Source: a virus
Taxonomy: Duplodnaviria; Caudoviricetes
IMG/VR virus record: IMGVR_UViG_3300012346_000165
Span: 1-60,129 of that record
DNA length: 60,129 nt
Reading direction: 5' to 3' (one strand)
Shown: one piece after another, positions 57,539 through 60,129 of the stretch
Layout: each line of letters opens with the position of its first letter
Numbering within the stretch: position 1 is the first letter of the stretch
Position numbers and translations under genes: made by a program
The notes under the pieces: model-generated
Seen by the model: the letters and a program-made list of their open reading frames with translations, nothing else
Databases searched by the model: none
Told to the model about the DNA's origin: nothing

Positions 57539-57961
57539 ATGAGTTATACATACACATACGGATCAACAGGTTCACTGTTTAATGATCCATTTTTTATCGG
57601 ATTTGACAAGATGTTCAACCGATTAACAAGTACAACAAATCAACAATCTGGATTCCCTCCATACAATGTTCGTAAAGTAGATGAAGATACTTATGTCGTT
57701 GAGCTTGCAGTAGCAGGATTTAATAAGCATGGTATTGAGATTACAGAACATGATGGTGTACTTACCATTAAGGGTGAGCGTCCAGAGGATGTTGAAGAGT
57801 ATATTCATAAGGGTATTGCAGGGCGTAAGTTTACACGCACCTTTACGCTGGCAGAATATATGTATGTTAATAGTGCTGACCTCAATGATGGAATGCTTTA
57901 TGTAGTAGTAAAGCGGGAAGTCCCAGAAGAGAAAAAGCCTAAAACAATTAAAATCAAGTAG
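57539..57961 (+). CDS. Small heat-shock protein (Hsp20 / IbpA family)
   Basis: FIGFD, FPPYNV, ELAVAGF, YIHKGIA.R.FTR.F.L, A.L.DGML, PEEKKP..IKI. Confidence 0.93.
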   Translation: MSYTYTYGSTGSLFNDPFFIGFDKMFNRLTSTTNQQSGFPPYNVRKVDEDTYVVELAVAGFNKHGIEITEHDGVLTIKGERPEDVEEYIHKGIAGRKFTRTFTLAEYMYVNSADLNDGMLYVVVKREVPEEKKPKTIKIK

Positions 57962-57970
57962 TACAATATA

Positions 57971-58090
57971 AGTGTCGGGGGAGACAGCGACATTAAATAC
58001 CTGGTATGCCTCACGTAGGACCTTGGGATGGAATAGTTACCTATCTTAAATGACCTGGGCCATAGTGCTTGAATCGCCTACGTGAGGCTC
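57971..58090 (+). ncRNA. Candidate structured non-coding RNA, family unknown
   Basis: TACAAT at 57962-57967; hairpin AGTGTCG/CGACATT; perfect 12-bp stem GCCTCACGTAGG (58008-58019) / CCTACGTGAGGC (58077-58088) enclosing a further hairpin. Confidence 0.5.
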
Positions 58091-58118
58091 TTATATTTTA
58101 GGTGTATAATAAAGATCT

Positions 58119-58394
58119 ATGTCAGAGAAAGAATTAGTAGCTTTTAATAAGCAGCAATTCAAAAAGCGTCTGAAAGATATTAAAGAGGCTAGTGGTTGTG
58201 TTGACTGCGGAGTTAGTAATCATATAGTTTTAGATTTTGATCACCTTAAAGATAAAAAATATAATATATCAAGAATGATTCATGATGGATTTTCTTGGGC
58301 AGCAATCAAAAAAGAAATAGCAAAATGTGAAGTAGTGTGTGCAAATTGTCACAGAATAAGAACCCATGACAGGTTGACAAAGAAAACTGCTTAA
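58119..58394 (+). CDS. Small HNH endonuclease-like protein
   Basis: CVDCG, LDFDH, KCEVVCANCHRIRT; TATAAT at 58105-58110 (near-leaderless). Confidence 0.85.
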   Translation: MSEKELVAFNKQQFKKRLKDIKEASGCVDCGVSNHIVLDFDHLKDKKYNISRMIHDGFSWAAIKKEIAKCEVVCANCHRIRTHDRLTKKTA

Positions 58395-58403
58395 TGATAT
58401 ACT
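58374..58403 (+). promoter_or_regulatory. Consensus promoter for the endolysin operon
   Basis: TTGACA-18-TATACT with TG extension. Confidence 0.7.
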
Positions 58404-58431
58404 TGAGTGTTAGCTAACAAAGGAGTAATAG

Positions 58432-59214
58432 ATGGCAACAAAAGGAACAGTAGAAGCAATCATTGAGGTTGCTAAGAAAGAAATCGGAACTATTGAAGGT
58501 CCAAAAGATAATGAAACAAAGTACGGTAAGTGGTCTGGTGTAAACTTTCAGCCATGGTGTCAGTCATTCGTTTCATGGTGTGCATATACATCAGGACTAG
58601 ATGCAAAGAAGTATCCAAAGACTGCTTCAACAGTAGCAGCAGCAGACTTCTTTAAGAAGAATAATCGTTGGGCAGATGCTCGTAATGATGATCCAACTCC
58701 AGGAGACTGGATCTTCTTTGATTTTCCAGATGATGGTGTCAATAGAATTTCACATGTAGGTATTTGTATTAAGAACAATGGTGATGGAACTATCCAAGTT
58801 ATTGAAGGAAATACTTCAGGAACTGCAAAGGGAGATCAGCGAAATGGCGGAATGTGCGTAGAAAAGACACGTGCATACGTAAAGCATAAGACTCTAATGA
58901 ATGCTGTTGTAGGTTGGGGTCGTCCAGTATATGTTGGAGAAGAAAATGCTCCTTTACTTTCTAAGGCTGGAGTAGTTGCAGAATCAGCACCTGCTGCTAA
59001 GCCTGCAGCGAAGAAGCCAGTAGCGTTTAAGCCACTTAAGTCTGGTGCTAAAGGTTCTGGAGTAAAGACTGTTCAGACATTGCTTGGCATTAAGGCAGAT
59101 GGATCATTTGGTCCAGGTACTGCAAAGGCTGTTCAAGACTTCCAAAAGAAGGCAGGATTGCCAGCAACAGGCATCGTTGATCAGGCTACACTAAAAGCAC
59201 TGAAGGCTAAATAA
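58432..59214 (+). CDS. Endolysin: CHAP amidase + C-terminal peptidoglycan-binding domain
   Basis: PWCQSFVSW, PGD..FF, HVGI, IEGNT; G..VK.VQ..LG..ADG.FG..T..AV..FQ...GL..TGIVD..T. Confidence 0.9.
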   Translation: MATKGTVEAIIEVAKKEIGTIEGPKDNETKYGKWSGVNFQPWCQSFVSWCAYTSGLDAKKYPKTASTVAAADFFKKNNRWADARNDDPTPGDWIFFDFPDDGVNRISHVGICIKNNGDGTIQVIEGNTSGTAKGDQRNGGMCVEKTRAYVKHKTLMNAVVGWGRPVYVGEENAPLLSKAGVVAESAPAAKPAAKKPVAFKPLKSGAKGSGVKTVQTLLGIKADGSFGPGTAKAVQDFQKKAGLPATGIVDQATLKALKAK

Positions 59215-59414
59215 TGGAATCAACAAAAAGATCAACAGCAAAAACAATTAGTTGGGAAACTTTTCACCTAGTCGTACTTGCTGGAATTATTTACATTTTT
59301 ACTGGAGAATGGGAATATGCTAGTTTAGGGGCACTTCTGTATATTGGCATTGAAACATTAGGATACTTTATCCATGAAAGATTATGGGCAAAGTTTGGAA
59401 GTAAGGTAAAGTAA
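59214..59414 (+). CDS. DUF2061-like small membrane protein
   Basis: RS.AKTISW ... YFIHERLW. Confidence 0.75.
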   Translation: MESTKRSTAKTISWETFHLVVLAGIIYIFTGEWEYASLGALLYIGIETLGYFIHERLWAKFGSKVK

Positions 59415-59599
59415 TGCCAATTTATGAGTATAAGTGTGAATGTAATGAGAAGATAGTTCCATTCAATACTAGTATGGCTAATTACAAAGAAACTTATCCT
59501 TGTGGGGAGTGTGGTGCTGATATGAAACGGCACTACACCCCCATAGGGGCTCAGTTTACTGGTTCGGGATTCTATAGCACAGACAACAGGAAGAAGTAA
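59414..59599 (+). CDS. FmdB-family zinc-ribbon protein
   Basis: MPIYEYKC..., CGECG, F.GSGFYSTD. Confidence 0.85.
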   Translation: MPIYEYKCECNEKIVPFNTSMANYKETYPCGECGADMKRHYTPIGAQFTGSGFYSTDNRKK

Positions 59600-59602
59600 A
59601 AT

Positions 59603-59860
59603 ATGAGCATGGTTACAGAGAAAGATTCAAAGGTAGATGTGTGGGAGCTGGGTCCAACAGATCGTTGTGACAGTTGTCCTGCAGAAGCGTTGGTTCGTGT
59701 AAAGGGTGTCTCTGGAGAGCTATATTTCTGTGGTCATCATTATAATAAGATTATGGATAATCCAACAGGGTATGACAAGATGATGGCATTCATGTATGAA
59801 GTCCTTGATGAGAGAGATAAGCTTATTCAAAATAAACTAAAGGATGAAAATTATGTATGA
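59603..59860 (+). CDS. Small actinobacterial-type Cys/His protein
   Basis: DRCDSC.A.A.V......L.FCGHH ... DER..L. Confidence 0.7.
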   Translation: MSMVTEKDSKVDVWELGPTDRCDSCPAEALVRVKGVSGELYFCGHHYNKIMDNPTGYDKMMAFMYEVLDERDKLIQNKLKDENYV

Positions 59861-60129
59861 GTACTATGTAAGAAAAGTTGAGAACGTTGTAGATGGAGAT
59901 ACCATTGATGTTCTTATTGATTTAGGATTTGATATCCTATTTGCGTCTCGTGTTAGATTGGCTGGTATTGATACCCCAGAATCTCGCACAAAGGATCTTG
60001 CTGAGAAAGCACTTGGACTAGAAGCCAAGGAGTACCTAAAGAAGTCTCTCAAGGATGCCAAGTCTGTTGTTATTAAGACTGAGAAGATGGACTCATCCGA
60101 AAAGTATGGTCGCATTTTGGGCTGGGTAT
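59853..60129 (+). CDS. Thermonuclease (SNase-like), truncated at window edge (not in ORF track)
   Basis: MYEYYVRKVENVVDGDTIDVLIDLGF...RVRLAGIDTPE...KYGRILGWV. Confidence 0.9.
   Translation, partial: MYEYYVRKVENVVDGDTIDVLIDLGFDILFASRVRLAGIDTPESRTKDLAEKALGLEAKEYLKKSLKDAKSVVIKTEKMDSSEKYGRILGWV

Noticed and set aside
58020-58082. Fluoride riboswitch, HDV-like or hammerhead ribozyme
   Set aside because: Only fragmentary resemblance (GATGG..., GCCTAC); the required pairings and core motifs could not be built by eye
58008-58090. Canonical tRNA
   Set aside because: Acceptor-like stem and T-loop-like CTTGAAT are present, but there is no proper D arm, anticodon arm or GTTC motif
57971-58394. IscB/HEARO-type RNA-guided element
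   Set aside because: The HNH protein is only 91 aa with no RuvC or PLMP region, and no transposon ends are visible
2685-60115. Many short antisense or alternate-frame ORFs in the track (e.g. 14218-14718, 53749-54339, 59864-60115)
   Set aside because: They shadow well-supported + strand genes, have no SD or motifs, and reflect codon bias or low complexity
1-60129. Stop-codon reassignment
   Set aside because: Genes are full length under the standard code, and TAA, TAG and TGA all terminate genes

Overview
A 60 kb segment of a lytic, siphovirus-like tailed dsDNA phage genome, almost entirely on the + strand, using the standard genetic code. The host is probably a low-GC freshwater actinobacterium of the acI / Ca. 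Nanopelagicales type; this is inferred from gene content and protein styles, not proven. Order of modules: a truncated minus-strand secreted lytic transglycosylase; a stand-alone cassette of fibre/glycine-rich proteins; class II ribonucleotide reductase; head genes (portal, protease-scaffold, capsid); neck and tail genes with a 2188-aa tape measure protein; replication/recombination genes (DnaB, DnaG, SSB, DnaE, MazG-like, RecA, Cas4-like, RuvC-like); terminase; then an accessory region. The accessory region holds a host-like surface protein, a stalked PA14 protein with three small membrane proteins, an Ntn protease, a secreted metallopeptidase, Hsp20, HNH, a CHAP endolysin and a thermonuclease. 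Most notable observations: (1) the tail-assembly chaperones appear as two separately promoted paralogs (G-T-like and G-like) instead of a frameshifted pair; (2) a phage-encoded cell-surface module, whose PA14 gene apparently starts at GUU; (3) a ROSE-like RNA thermometer on hsp20; (4) an unexplained structured RNA between hsp20 and the HNH gene; (5) a dense two-class promoter architecture with many leaderless genes. All functional calls come from motif recognition by eye; no searches or folding programs were run.
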